NCBI GenBank assembly: GCA_963707985.1
Contig: CAVPRW010000014.1
Coordinates: forward strand, 96,001-160,000
Length of the DNA stretch: 64,000 bases
Direction: 5' to 3'
Source of the DNA: an uncultured Nitrospinota bacterium
GTDB lineage: Bacteria; Tectomicrobia; Entotheonellia; J063; CAVPRW01
In this document: in pieces, positions 31,148-42,660 of the stretch
Numbering within the stretch: position 1 is the stretch's first letter
How the letters are laid out: each line of letters starts with the position of its first letter
Position numbers and translations under genes: made by a program
The notes under the pieces: model-generated
The model's database searches: none
The model's input: the letters and a program-made list of their open reading frames with translations, nothing else
Told to the model about the DNA's origin: nothing

Positions 31148-32413
31148 CTATATCGCTCCGGCAGCCATCAACACCGCCAACTCCGCCCGGCTGAGACCGA
31201 GTTCGCCACCGTAGATCGCCTCGTTGTGCTCGCCGATCAAGGGCGCGCGCCGTCGCAGTTGCCATGGGGTTTGGCTGAGCTGATACGGGGCACCTGGATA
31301 GCACAGCGTCTCATCCAGCTCCGGGTGCTCCAGCGGCTGGAAAAAGCTTCTGGCGAGGAGTTGAGGATGCTCCAGAAGATCGCGCGCCGTATGCACCGGG
31401 AACAGAATGATGCGTCGGCGCTGGGCTTCTTCCGCCAGCTCCGCCTTGGTGTGTTTCAGGAAAAATCGCTCGAGGACGCCATACACATGTGCCAGCTCTT
31501 CATCGGTCAGCGCCGCCTGAGTCAGTGGGTCTGGTCCCGCGTGTTCCGCCAGGATGGCCCATGAGGCATCCGTCAGATCCTCAGCCATGCCCTCGCGACC
31601 CATCCACTCCACCATCGGACTCCATTCGCGGGCATTCATCACCCCCATGACCGCCACGTGTCCATCCTGGCAAGGGAAAATGATACGCCGGAGCTGGTCC
31701 CCGAAGGCGCGCGAGGTCCCACCCCGTTCGATGATCAGTCGATTGAGGTCCCAATACTGGCGGGTGGGGATGATGGTCCACGATACGGCGTGCTGCATGG
31801 AGACGTCGATGAATTGACCTTCGCCACAGCGCACGCGGTAGTGATGCGCCAACAGCGTCGCCACCGCGGCTTGCAGGCCGGCCTGCAGATAGGCCTGTGA
31901 TGGTCCCAGGCGCACTGGCGGCCGGTCGACATCGCCGCATACGGACATCAGGCCACCCATGGCCATGCCGACCAGGTCTGAGGCGCGATAGTGTGCGTAC
32001 GGTCCACTGTGGCCGAAGGGGGTGATCGACGTCCAGATAAGCCGCGGATGGTGCGCGCTCACCTGCTGAAAGCCGATGGCACGCTGGTCCATGAAGCCCG
32101 GCGGAAACGACTCTATCACGAAATCGGCGCTGGCGGCCAATCCCAGCCACAGGGCCTGCCCATCGGCGCTGTCGAGATTCAGCGTGATGCCGCGCTTGTT
32201 GGTATGTGCGGCAAACCAGGGAAGGCTGCGTTCGGGGTGCGGGGCATCGCGAAAGAATGGTCCAAGGCGGCGATCGGCATCACCTCCAGGCGGCTCGATC
32301 TTGATGACATCGGCACCGAGGTCGGCCAGGAGCTTGCCGCAGGTCCAACCGATGGGGTGGGTCAAATCCAAGACCCGATAGGGTTGAAGGGCTTGCACTG
32401 ATGGGGATTTCAT
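31148..32413 (-). CDS. Class III CoA-transferase (CaiB/BaiF)
   Basis: YRVLDL, LADLGADVIKIEPPGGD, NKRGITLNL, APLIGEHN; start uncertain. Confidence 0.9.
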   Translation of the reverse strand: MKSPSVQALQPYRVLDLTHPIGWTCGKLLADLGADVIKIEPPGGDADRRLGPFFRDAPHPERSLPWFAAHTNKRGITLNLDSADGQALWLGLAASADFVIESFPPGFMDQRAIGFQQVSAHHPRLIWTSITPFGHSGPYAHYRASDLVGMAMGGLMSVCGDVDRPPVRLGPSQAYLQAGLQAAVATLLAHHYRVRCGEGQFIDVSMQHAVSWTIIPTRQYWDLNRLIIERGGTSRAFGDQLRRIIFPCQDGHVAVMGVMNAREWSPMVEWMGREGMAEDLTDASWAILAEHAGPDPLTQAALTDEELAHVYGVLERFFLKHTKAELAEEAQRRRIILFPVHTARDLLEHPQLLARSFFQPLEHPELDETLCYPGAPYQLSQTPWQLRRRAPLIGEHNEAIYGGELGLSRAELAVLMAAGAI

Positions 32414-32813
32414 GCCGCGCATTATAACATAGGATCGCCTCGCCCTCGACAGGCTGCGGTAGGCCAGGTCTTGATGATCGCTTTGCGGGGCTGTCGGCGA
32501 GCCGACCCCCTCTCCCACTGGGAAAGGGAGGCCGTGGCATGATTAGGCCTACAGCCAGCCTTCCTCATGCTGGGGAAGCGCCTATCGAGTCAAACCAATC
32601 AAAATGAGAGTTGGTGTCTCAAAATGAGTGTCCCCGACGCGCCAAGGATCCCTTGCGCTCGGCTCAACCTCTGCTCAGAGCACCATCACACGTCTCTCAG
32701 AATGAGAGCTGTGCAGACGTTAGACATGCATATTGAACGTTCGCTTTCCGCCTTTGCCCGACGCCAGGATAACTATGGGGCTAGCGTTGAGCCGTCTCGC
32801 TAGGTGTTCCTGG

Positions 32814-34953
32814 TTAGTTCGCCTCCTCTGGCTTCCTTTGTGTGCGCATGACGGCCATTGAGCGGCCTTGCAGGTCATACGGTTGCCCCTCCAGCCATGG
32901 CCGCGGCTTGCCCTGGGGGTCTGCAGTATCGAGGTAGCACTCCCACTGTTGCGCCTCTTTCAGGGGCGGCAGGGTAAAGGGAATGGCTTCATGGTGGGCA
33001 TTCATCAGCAGCAAGACGGTATCTCCCACCACCGGTTCGCCTCTTTCATCCGTTTCCCCAATGAGATCGCCAGCCCACCGTACCCCCAAACAACGTGCAT
33101 AGCCTGTATCCCAGGCGTCCTCGGTCATCTCCTCTCCTGAGGGGTCAAACCACGAGATGTCGAGAATACCTTCGCCACGAATGGGGCGACCCTGGAAGAA
33201 TTTGCGGCGCTGAAACACCGGTTGGGTGTGCTGAATTTGTATCACGCTGCGGACAAAATCGTAAAAGGCCTGCTGTTCGTCGTCCAATTCCCAGCTTAGC
33301 CAGCTGAGCTCGTTGTCCTGACAGTAGGTGTTGTTGTTCCCCTGCTGGGTATGGCTGAGCTCGTCCCCACCCAGGAGCATGGGCACGCCCTGGGAGAGGA
33401 GCAATGTGGTGATGAGATTGCGCTTCTGTTGACCGCGCAGGGCATTGATGGCGGGATCGTCCGTTGGTCCCTCGGCCCCACAGTTCCAGCTGTTGTTATC
33501 GTTGGCGCCATCCTGGTTGTTTTCGCCATTGGCCTCGTTATGTTTCTCGTTGTAACTCACGAGATCGTGGAGCGTGAAGCCATCATGGCAGGTGATAAAG
33601 TTGATGCTGGCCGAGGGCTTCCGCCCGTCGCTCTGATACAGATCGCTGCTGCCACTGAGACGGGTGGCAAACTCCGAGAGCACTCCGCCATCGCCCTTCC
33701 AGAAGCGCCGCACGGTGTCGCGGTACTTGCCATTCCATTCGCTCCATAAGACGGGGAAATTGCCGACCTGATAGCCGCCCTCCCCGACGTCCCACGGCTC
33801 GGCGATGAGCTTGACCTGAGATAGGACCGGGTCCTGATGGATAATATCGAAAAAGGCGCCCAGCCGATCGACCTCGAAGAGCTCCCGGGCCAGCGTACTC
33901 GCCAGATCGAACCGAAAACCATCGACATGCATCTCGGTCACCCAGTAGCGCAGGCTGTCCATGATCAGCTGCAGCATACGCGGATGCTGCACGTTGGGGG
34001 AGTTGCCGCAGCCGGTAAAATCCATATAGTAGCGCGGATCCTCCGGCGACAGCCGATAGTAGGCGGCGTTATCTACGCCGCGCATCGACAGGGTGGGACC
34101 GAGTTCGGTTACCCTCGGCGGTGTGGTTATAGACGACGTCAAGAATCACTTCAATGCCACTGGCGTGCAGAGCTGCGACCATCATCTTAAACTGCTGCAC
34201 CGCGTCCTGGGGGATATGCACGGAGGCATAGCCACTGTGAGGAGCAAAAAATCCGAGGGTATTATAGCCCCAATAATTGCTCAGCCCCCGATCGAGGAGG
34301 TGCCGATCGTGGAGAAAGTAGTGCACCGGGAGGAGCTCGACGGCCGTGATCCCTAGGTTAGTCAGATGGCGGATGGCGGCTTCCGAAGCGAGCCCGGCAA
34401 ACGTGCCACGCAGCGGCTCCGGCACCTCCGGATGCAATGTGGTGAAGCCTTTCACGTGTATCTCGTAGATGAGAGTTTTATGCCATGGGGTGCGCGGTGG
34501 GCGGTCATCCCCCCAGGTAAAGGCCGTATCGATGACCACTGCCAGAGGTGCATAGGCGGCGCTCTCCCGGTCGTCGAAGGATACGTCCGCCTCCGGGTCC
34601 CCGATCCGGTAGCCGAAGAGCTCATCGGCCCAGCGCACATCGCGCCCTATGGACTTGGCGTAGGGGTCGAGAAGCACCTTATGCGGATTAAAACGGAGGC
34701 CTTGCTGGGGCTCATAAGGGCCATGGACGCGATAGCCATAGAGTTGGCCTGGGAGGACCTCTGGCAAATAGGCATGCCAGACTTGATCGGTGAACTCGGG
34801 CAAGGGAATACGCTGCACTTCCTTCTCTGCATCGACGGAATCAAATAAACACAACTCTACCCGGCTGGCATGTTCGGAGAATAGCGCAAAATTCACGCCC
34901 TTCCCGTCCCAGGTGGCGCCGAGCGGATATGGATTGCCTGGCCACACGCGCAT
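32814..34953 (-). CDS. glgX: Glycogen debranching enzyme (frameshift near 34108)
   Basis: [47 protein letters not shown]. Confidence 0.95.
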
Positions 34954-35195
34954 CGCTCACTCTCCCGTCTATATCGTTAGAATCAGATGTTGAGCATATG
35001 GCGCCTTCCACATGCAAGAGTATAGGCACAGCAAAATATATACCGGAGCTGATATTGCTGGCGCAACAGGCCTACCCGCTGCGCAGCAGGACTTATGAAC
35101 CGAGGGGCATGCAAAAGAGGCTTTGAGAAACGGTAATTTCCGCGTACAATACAGACATAGACTTTGACGGAACATATCTGTGAGGAGACGCAGCC

Positions 35196-36704
35196 GTGCC
35201 CCCGAACATCAGCTTTGCTACCGAAGACGCCAGCAGTCAGGGGGTCGGAAGGCTCCGGCAGCCAGGAGCCATCCTGCTAATCGCTTGTTATGAGCTGGGC
35301 CATCAGCCCCTGGGGATTGCCTCGCCGCTGGGAAGCCTCGAACACGCGGGTTATGCCCCTGCCGCCATCGATATCGCCGTCGAGCGTTTGAACACGGCGA
35401 AGGTAGCGCGGGCTCGCTTCATCGGCATCGCCGTCCCGATGCACACCGCGCTGCGCCTGGGTGTGCGGCTGGTCGAGCGCATTCGGGCGTTGAACCCCGC
35501 CTGCCACATTTGCTGTTATGGATTGTATGCCACGCTCAACGCCGACTATTTGCTCGCGCATGGGGTGGATTCCGTTATCGGCGGGGAGTACGAAGCGCCG
35601 CTGGTAGCGCTTATCGAGTCCCTCGACGCCGGGCTTGACGGGGCGGTCAGCGGTGTCAACCAGCTAGGCCGCGTCGCTGGCCCGTTCCTGAAGCGGGTTG
35701 ATTTTCCCGTGCCCAGCCGCACTGCTCTGCCGCCGCTGGAGATCTATGCACATCTGGAGCGCGACGGCATACGTAACCGTGTGGGGTACGTCGAGGCCAG
35801 CCGTGGCTGTAAGCACCATTGCCTGCACTGCCCCATTCCACCAGTCTATGGTGGCCGGTTTTTCGCCGTGCCGCAGGAGGTCGTCCTGGAAGATATTCGG
35901 CGTCTGGTGCAAGCGGGTGCCGAGCACATCACCTTCGGCGATCCCGACTTCCTGAACGGACCAACCCATGCCCTTCGGGTCACGCGAGCGCTGCACGCCG
36001 AGTTCCCGGCGCTGACCTTCGACTTTACCACCAAAGTCGAACATATTCTCAAGCACCCCGACCTATTTCCCGAATTTGCACGGTTGGGTTGCGTGTTTGC
36101 CGTATCGGCTGTCGAATCACTGAGCGACACCGTCCTTGCCAATCTCGACAAGGGCCATACCCGGGCCGACGTGTTCGAGGCCCTGGCCATCATGCGCCAG
36201 GCCGGTATCGCCCTGCGCCCGTCGTTGGTGTCGTTCACACCATGGACGAGCCTCGATGATTACATCGATGTCTTCGATGTGGTGGAGTGCGAGGGCCTCA
36301 TCGACCACGTCGATCCGGTGCAATACGCTGTGCGGTTGCTGATCCCACCGGGATCCCTGCTGCTGCAGCGGCCGGCAGTACAACCATTTCTGAGGGGGCT
36401 GGACCAGGCTGCCTTTAGCTATCGCTGGAGCCACCCCGATCCGCGCATGGATGAGCTGCATCGCGCTGCGACTTCGCTGGTGGAAAAGGCAGCCAAAACC
36501 GATGCAGACCCAGCGCTGACGTTCGAGCAACTCCGTGCCCTGGCCGTAGCTGCCCGTGACGGTCGGGAACCGGCAGCCGTGACCAGCCACTTGCCGCTCA
36601 CCAGGAGGAGATCCCCACGGCTCACTGAGCCGTGGTTTTGCTGAGCAGAGCCAACCGAGGATCAGTTTGGTCCTCTCAACGCGTCGACACCTGTCGGCAT
36701 CTAA
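35196..36704 (+). CDS. CUAEP-tail radical SAM selenoprotein (UGA 36642-36644 read as Sec)
   Basis: B12-binding-like N-terminus, SRGCKHHCLHC; read-through gives WFC-U-AEPTEDQFGPLNASTPVGI* ending TAA 36702-36704. Confidence 0.88.
36645..36677 (+). promoter_or_regulatory. Candidate bacterial SECIS hairpin
   Basis: AGAG/CTCT and CCAA/TTGG stems with a GA-GGA-TC apex directly 3' of the in-frame UGA (folded by eye). Confidence 0.6.
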
Positions 36705-36769
36705 CGGAGATCAGCCTGCCATCGTGCTGCGCTGCATCCATAGATACACCTATCCTAGGGGAGATCATC

Positions 36770-37051
36770 ATGGACGAAGAAATCCGCGGCAAAGTTCAAA
36801 CCCTGATCGAAAATGCCATTAATCCAGCCATCGCCGGCCATGGGGGATTCGTCGATCTCCTGGATGTGAAAGATAACGTGGTCTACCTCTCGATGGGAGG
36901 CGGTTGCCAGGGCTGTGGCATGGCGGATGTGACCTTGCGGCACGGCATCGAGGCCTTGTTGCGGGACGAGATTCCCGAGATCGCCGAAGTGGTCGATGCC
37001 ACCGACCACGACTCCGGTGACAATCCCTATTACACACCCGCGAAGGGGTAA
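36770..37051 (+). CDS. NifU C-terminal / NfuA-like Fe-S carrier
   Basis: INPAIAGHGG, MGGGCQGC, DATDHDSGDNPYY. Confidence 0.9.
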   Translation: MDEEIRGKVQTLIENAINPAIAGHGGFVDLLDVKDNVVYLSMGGGCQGCGMADVTLRHGIEALLRDEIPEIAEVVDATDHDSGDNPYYTPAKG

Positions 37052-37103
37052 TGAAGGGACTCGTACAAGGGTGTGTGCTTGACGCATGGATGGAGACTGG
37101 GCA

Positions 37104-37814
37104 ATGAATGACACGAGTCAGGGCGACCAGCTACAAGCCCTTCTCGGCCTGCAATGGCCGCCGATTGCTGTCGGATTTCAAGCCAGTGTCCCTGCTGACC
37201 TCCACGGGGTGGAAGCCGCCGGCCCGTCGGGCTGTACGTACTGGAAGCTGGCGGCAGAGGGGAAGATTTTCTACACCGAAGCCGCTGATCACTACAATTG
37301 TCCGATCGGCTCGTTTACCCACGGCATCGATCTCCCGCCAGCCAAGGCGCAGGAGTTGGAGGGACTGGTGGGAACGATGATCGGCCTCGAATATATCCGC
37401 CAGGAGGAGATTCCCACCATTCCTCGGCGCGATGCACCGTTTGGGGTCGCCCTTTACGCCCCGCTCTCCGAGGCCCCATTCGACGCCGATGTGGTGCTCG
37501 TGCGCGGCAATGCCAAGCAGATGATGCTCATCGCCGAAGCGGCTGGCGCCGCAGGGCTCAGCGGTGGTAGCGCGCTCATGGGGCGCCCGACCTGTGCCAT
37601 GATCCCAGCGACGATGCAGGGTGGATACGTGACCACCAGCCTGGGCTGCATTGGCAATCGCGTCTACACGGGGCTGGGGGATGATGAGTTTTATGCCGCC
37701 ATCCCCGGAGCGAAGCTGGCTCTGCTGCTGGACAAGTTGGCGACCATCGTGACGGCCAATCGTGAGCTTGAAAGCTTCCACCGTATGCGGATGAGCGGCA
37801 ACTCGCCCGCCTGA
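37104..37814 (+). CDS. DUF169 family protein
   Basis: PPIAVGF, SGC..W, CPIG, RPTCA, SLGCIGNRVY. Confidence 0.8.
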   Translation: MNDTSQGDQLQALLGLQWPPIAVGFQASVPADLHGVEAAGPSGCTYWKLAAEGKIFYTEAADHYNCPIGSFTHGIDLPPAKAQELEGLVGTMIGLEYIRQEEIPTIPRRDAPFGVALYAPLSEAPFDADVVLVRGNAKQMMLIAEAAGAAGLSGGSALMGRPTCAMIPATMQGGYVTTSLGCIGNRVYTGLGDDEFYAAIPGAKLALLLDKLATIVTANRELESFHRMRMSGNSPA

Positions 37815-37914
37815 TGGTCCTTCGCCATTGGACATGTACCGCGACTCAGTAGCCTATGACCTGCTGAACTGCACAAGGAGCGCAACAGATCGCAGACTAT
37901 CCGGAGGAATAGCG

Positions 37915-39622
37915 GTGACACGCAGAGTTGCGAGCTATGTTAGCGGCACCAGCGATATCCCGCTGCTCGGGTGCACGATTGGCGAGATGTTCGATGAGAT
38001 CGTGGCCCTGCACCCCAATCAGGAAGCGCTGGTCGTCCGCCACCAGGGGTTGCGTTATACCTATCGCCAGCTTCGGGCGGAGGTCGATCGCTGTGCCCGA
38101 GGGCTGATGGCGCTCGGGCTGGAGAAGGGCGAACGCATCGGCATCTGGTCGCCCAACCGAGCCGAGTGGACGATCACCCAGTTCGCCACCAGCAAGATCG
38201 GGGCTATCCTGGTGAACATCAATCCCAGCTATCGGGTGCATGAGCTGGAGTACGCCCTGCAGCAGTCAGGCTGTGCCATGCTGGTGCTGGCGCCACACTT
38301 CAGGACGTCCAATTATACCGACTATGCTCTATACGCTGGTGCCCGAGCTGAGAGACGGCCGGCCTGATCAGCTCAAAGCGGGGAGGTTCCCGGATCTGCG
38401 GACGGTGATCAGATTGGGCGACGAGCCTGTGGCCGGCATGTACACTTGGGGCGATGTGGCGTCGCTCGCGGCACACGTCAGCGACGCCGCCCTCGCTGAG
38501 CGCCAAGGTCAGCAGCAATTCGATGATCCGATCAACATCCAGTACACCAGCGGCACCACGGGCTATCCCAAGGGCGCCACGCTCAGCCACCACGGCATCC
38601 TGAATAATGCCTACTCCGTCGCCCATGTGTTGCGGTTGACCCACCAGGATCGCCTGATCATCCCAGTGCCGCTCTATCACTGCTTCGGCATGGTCATGGG
38701 GAACCTGGCGTGCATGACGCATGGCGCCACAATGATCTATCCCAGCGAGGGCTTTGATGCCAAGGCGGTGCTGGAAGCCGTGCAAGCCGAGCGGGCAACA
38801 GCCCTTTACGGTGTGCCGACGATGTTCATCGCCGAGCTGGAGCACCCCGACTTTGCCAGGTATGATCTGAGCAGCCTGCGTACTGGCATCATGGCAGGCT
38901 CACCGTGCCCCATCGAGGTGATGAAGAAGGTCAACACGCTGATGCACATGCACGAGGTGGAGATCTGTTACGGCATGACCGAGGTCAGCCCGGTGAGCAC
39001 GCAGACGCGCGCCGATGCGCCGTTCGAGAAGCGCGTCGGCACCGTCGGCCAGGTGCATCCGCATCTCGAGATCAAGATCATCGATCCGGCCACCGGCCAG
39101 ATCGTCCCGATTGGCACACCAGGCGAGCTCTGCTCCCGCGGGTACAGCGTCATGCTCGGTTATTGGCATAATGAGGAGGCCACACGTAAGGCGATCGATG
39201 CCGCTCGCTGGATGCATAGCGGAGACCTGGCAGTGCTGGACGAGGAGGGCTACATCAACATCGTGGGGCGCATCAAGGACATGATCATCCGTGGCGGCGA
39301 GAACGTCTACCCGCGCGAAATCGAGGAGTTTTTATATACCCATCCGAAGATCAGCGATGTGCAAGTGATCGGCGTGCCCGATGCAAAGTACGGCGAGGAG
39401 ATCATGGCCTGGGTGCGACTGCGCGAGGGGGAGGAGGCCAGCACCGAAGAGCTACGCGACTATTGTCGCGACAAAATCGCCCATTACAAAATCCCGCGCT
39501 ATATCAAGTTCGTCGAGGTTTTTCCCACCACAGTCACCGGTAAAGTCCAGAAGTTCATTATGCGCGAACAGAGCATCAAGGAGCTGAAGCTGGAGACCGC
39601 GGCCGCGATCACCACGGCGTGA
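37915..39622 (+). CDS. AMP-binding acyl-CoA synthetase (frameshift near 38320)
   Basis: [48 protein letters not shown] before GTG 37915. Confidence 0.92.
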
Positions 39623-39659
39623 GGGATTGCATGCTCTATGCTGCTCTAGAGGTAAGGCC

Positions 39660-39887
39660 ATGGCAGAGAAGAATCAGTTAGACAAAATCCTGCTCTCGGC
39701 TAAAGATCTCGCGGAAATGGGGGAGGAAGGGGAGTTTTGTGAGTTGGTCGACGGAGAGCTGGTGAGGATGAGCCCAAGCTTCTTGCCTGAAGCGCGTGTC
39801 GTGCGCACGGTCCAGCGCCTACTGGATAATTTTGTGTTTCCTCGCCACTTAGGAGAGATCTTCGGACCAGGTGTGCTTAGGAACTGA
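39660..39887 (+). pseudogene. Uma2-family endonuclease N-terminal fragment
   Basis: CELVDGELVRMSP motif; ends before the PD-(D/E)xK core. Confidence 0.7.
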
Positions 39888-39937
39888 AGCCGAGGCTCCG
39901 TTAACCGCAACGCGGGTTTAATCAAGAATTGCGGCAA

Positions 39938-40933
39938 TCACCGCCAGACGCGCTCGACACTCTGGCGGTCGATGGCCACCAGGATTTGACTTTTGCTGAG
40001 GAGCCGCTTTATTGCAGCAGCAAACCCTTCATAGCCCTTGGCCGCCACCTCCGCACACTTTGCCCGATAGGCTGGGGCGGTGTTGGCATAGAGCAGGAAG
40101 GCGCGTTTCTTGCCAGGAATATTCGCCCCCACAAACCAGGAGTTGGCATCGCTCAAGAGCGTGCCAGCGGCCAACTCGTTGGCGTGCTCCACCCAGGCCT
40201 CTTCCGCCTGCGGGGTGGGGGCAATACGCGCAAAGTTCTTCTCGCGCATATAGCGGATGCAATCGGTAATCCATTCCACAATCATCTCGGCGCAGACGGT
40301 GTAGTTGCAGAACGCGGTGCTCATGGCAATGAAGAGATTCGGGAAGCCCGCGGTCTGCAGCCCCAGGTAGGTGCGCGGCCCATCGGCCCATTTGTCCTTG
40401 AGCGTCTGCCCGCCTTCGCCGCGAATATCGATCCGGGTCAACGCCCCGGTCACCGCGTCAAACCCCGTGGCATAGATGATGACGTCAAATTCGTACTCCT
40501 TCTCACTCGTCTTGATGCCTTTCGGCGTGATGCGCTCGATCGGGGTCTCGCGGACGTCAACCAGCAAGACGTTGTCGCGATTGTACGCCTCGTAATACTC
40601 GGTCTCCAAGGGGATGCGCTTGGAGCCGAACGGATGGTCCTTGGGCACGAGCTTTTCCGCCACCACCGGATCCTTGACGCGCGCACGGATCTTGTTGCGC
40701 ACGAACTCGGCGAAGTCCTCGTTGGCCTCCCGGTTGGTCATAATGTCGTGGAAATTGCCCAACCATTTCTTGAACCCGGGTTGCGCCCACAACTCTTCAT
40801 ACAGCGCCAGCCGCTCTTCCTTCGGGACCTCCAGGGTCTTGCGCGGGTCGAAGTCGTGCATAAAGCCGGCCGGGGTTTCGCGACACTTTTTGTGAATTTC
40901 TGGGTAGCTGGCCTTGAACTGGCGCTGGGTCTC
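39938..40933 (-). pseudogene. Baeyer-Villiger monooxygenase, C-terminal half only
   Basis: HPFGSKR, IIYATGFDA, GFPNLF, SWFVGANIPGK, GYEGF; 5' half absent, cut at the ISKra4 end; true stop probably near 40009. Confidence 0.85.
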
Positions 40934-41366
40934 GAGAGCATCAAAAACCTGGGGGTAACTCATCCGTCCGGGGTAGAATGCGCCCCTCAATCGGTATGCC
41001 CTAGATGGGAGGACCTCTCATGAAGATCAAGGTGCTGCTTGTCGTGTGTGCAGAGGATGGTCGTGCAGAGCAGGTTCAAGAGATCGCGATGGTGGAGAAG
41101 CCGCACCAGCGGAGCGAGCCTCTGGGCTTCATGTTGGCCGAAGCGAAGTCCGTCCTCAAGACGCTCCACCAACAGCTGATGGAACAGCAGGCGACGGCCT
41201 TTGTGGCGGCCCATGCCCAGGGTGACCACTGTGGGAAATCTCTCGGGATCCAAGGGTATCACACGCGTAGCTTCCACACGCTCTTTAGCACGGTGACGCT
41301 CACCAGTCCGCGGCTGTATCATTGTCGCAGACAGCGTCGCAAGACCCCCAGCTTTTTGATGCTCCC
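40934..41366 (+). mobile_element. Internally deleted ISKra4-family element with both TIRs
   Basis: GAGAGCATCAAAAACCTGGGGG (40934-40955) vs reverse complement of 41345-41366, 20/22 identical; stub from 41020 has LGFMLAEAKSVL..C..F.TLF....L.SPRLYHC. Confidence 0.8.
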
Positions 41367-41429
41367 GAGAGAGACGATACCACAACGAGCGACAAATGAA
41401 CATTTGCGACACCACCAGCCGGAGGGCCG

Positions 41430-42269
41430 CTACCTCCTGGCTGGCCCTTGCAGCATCGGCCAGAGCGTGTGGGCGGTCTCGCCCATGATCCAGCGGCGGT
41501 CGTCGTCGGAGAGCCAGGACAGGGCCGTCTGGCCGAGCTGCACCTGGCCGATGTACCCGCCGGCACGGGACGAGGGGAAGTTGGAGCCCCACATGACGCG
41601 CCGGGGCGTGAAGGCCTCAATGACGCGCCTGAAGAGCGCCTGCTCGGGCGGGGTCAGGTCGGCGTACGGGCCGAGGCTGGTGCTGGAAATCCGCACATAG
41701 GCGTTGGGCAGCTGGGCCAGGCGCTCCAGGGCGGTCGTCATACCGGCCTTGTCCTGGGCGCCACTCCAGCCCGCGAAGTGGTCCGGGGCAAAGAGGACGT
41801 GGGGGTGTCGGGCGCCCATGTGCCGCATCCGGTCGACCTTCTCCGGCTGGCCTCCGCCGCCAATAGAGATGGGGACGCCGAGGCCTTCGGCACGCTGCCA
41901 GAGCGGGTCGCAGCGGGGATCGTCGGGCTCGGCCTGACTCTGGAGGCGCACGCCCTTCATGCCGCGCTCGTGCACCCAATAGGCGAGCTGGTCCGCGGCA
42001 TCGGGCGCCGCCGGGTCCAGGATCCCCACCGCGACCGTCCGCGGGGCGTACTGCTGGGCGCTGTCGCACTGGTAGGAGTTATCGAGGCCGTAGGTGGCGT
42101 TGGGCTGCACCAACGTGGCGCATGCCACGCCGGCCCTGTCCATCTCCGCGATCAGGTCCTCGACGTCGTTGCTGACCTCCGTGGACCAGCCCCGGGCGCC
42201 GGGGTCGAGTGGGTGCTTGACTTTGTTGCTGCTGACGACGTGGGTGTGGGTGTCGATGATCATGGGCAT
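41430..42269 (-). CDS. Amidohydrolase_2 family protein
   Basis: IIDTHTH, LVQP, DNSY, DH, RVMWGSNFP, IMGETA. Confidence 0.9.
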   Translation of the reverse strand: MPMIIDTHTHVVSSNKVKHPLDPGARGWSTEVSNDVEDLIAEMDRAGVACATLVQPNATYGLDNSYQCDSAQQYAPRTVAVGILDPAAPDAADQLAYWVHERGMKGVRLQSQAEPDDPRCDPLWQRAEGLGVPISIGGGGQPEKVDRMRHMGARHPHVLFAPDHFAGWSGAQDKAGMTTALERLAQLPNAYVRISSTSLGPYADLTPPEQALFRRVIEAFTPRRVMWGSNFPSSRAGGYIGQVQLGQTALSWLSDDDRRWIMGETAHTLWPMLQGPARR

Positions 42270-42660
42270 AGCTCCTCTACGGATTGCAATGAGCGGCCGA
42301 TGGTAGCCTACCACACGGCCTCAGATGATGACACCAAGGGGTGAGACCAGGGCAATCGTCAATGGCGGCACGATGCTGGTCGTACAGGTGAGGCGCCTGC
42401 GTTTGCATCTGGGCCCAAGGCCAGCGGCGTCGGTGTGTCCACTTGTGGACGATCGGCTTGCGGCAATTTTCCCATGAATGGGGCCTCCATGCTTGGTCAC
42501 GTGTGTGAACGCTTTAGGGTTCAAGAGTCATCAGGCCGAAAGCCTCCTAAAAAATAAGGAATGCACCCTCCTCAACCTCACGAGGCCTACTCTATCACAG
42601 GGCTCTCAAACTCCACTTTGGCCATTTTGAGTAGGCAGGAGGGTTAGGATATCCTTTACG

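Noticed and set aside
35005..35030. Sigma54 promoter upstream of glgX
   Set aside because: Has TTGC but lacks the invariant GG at -24
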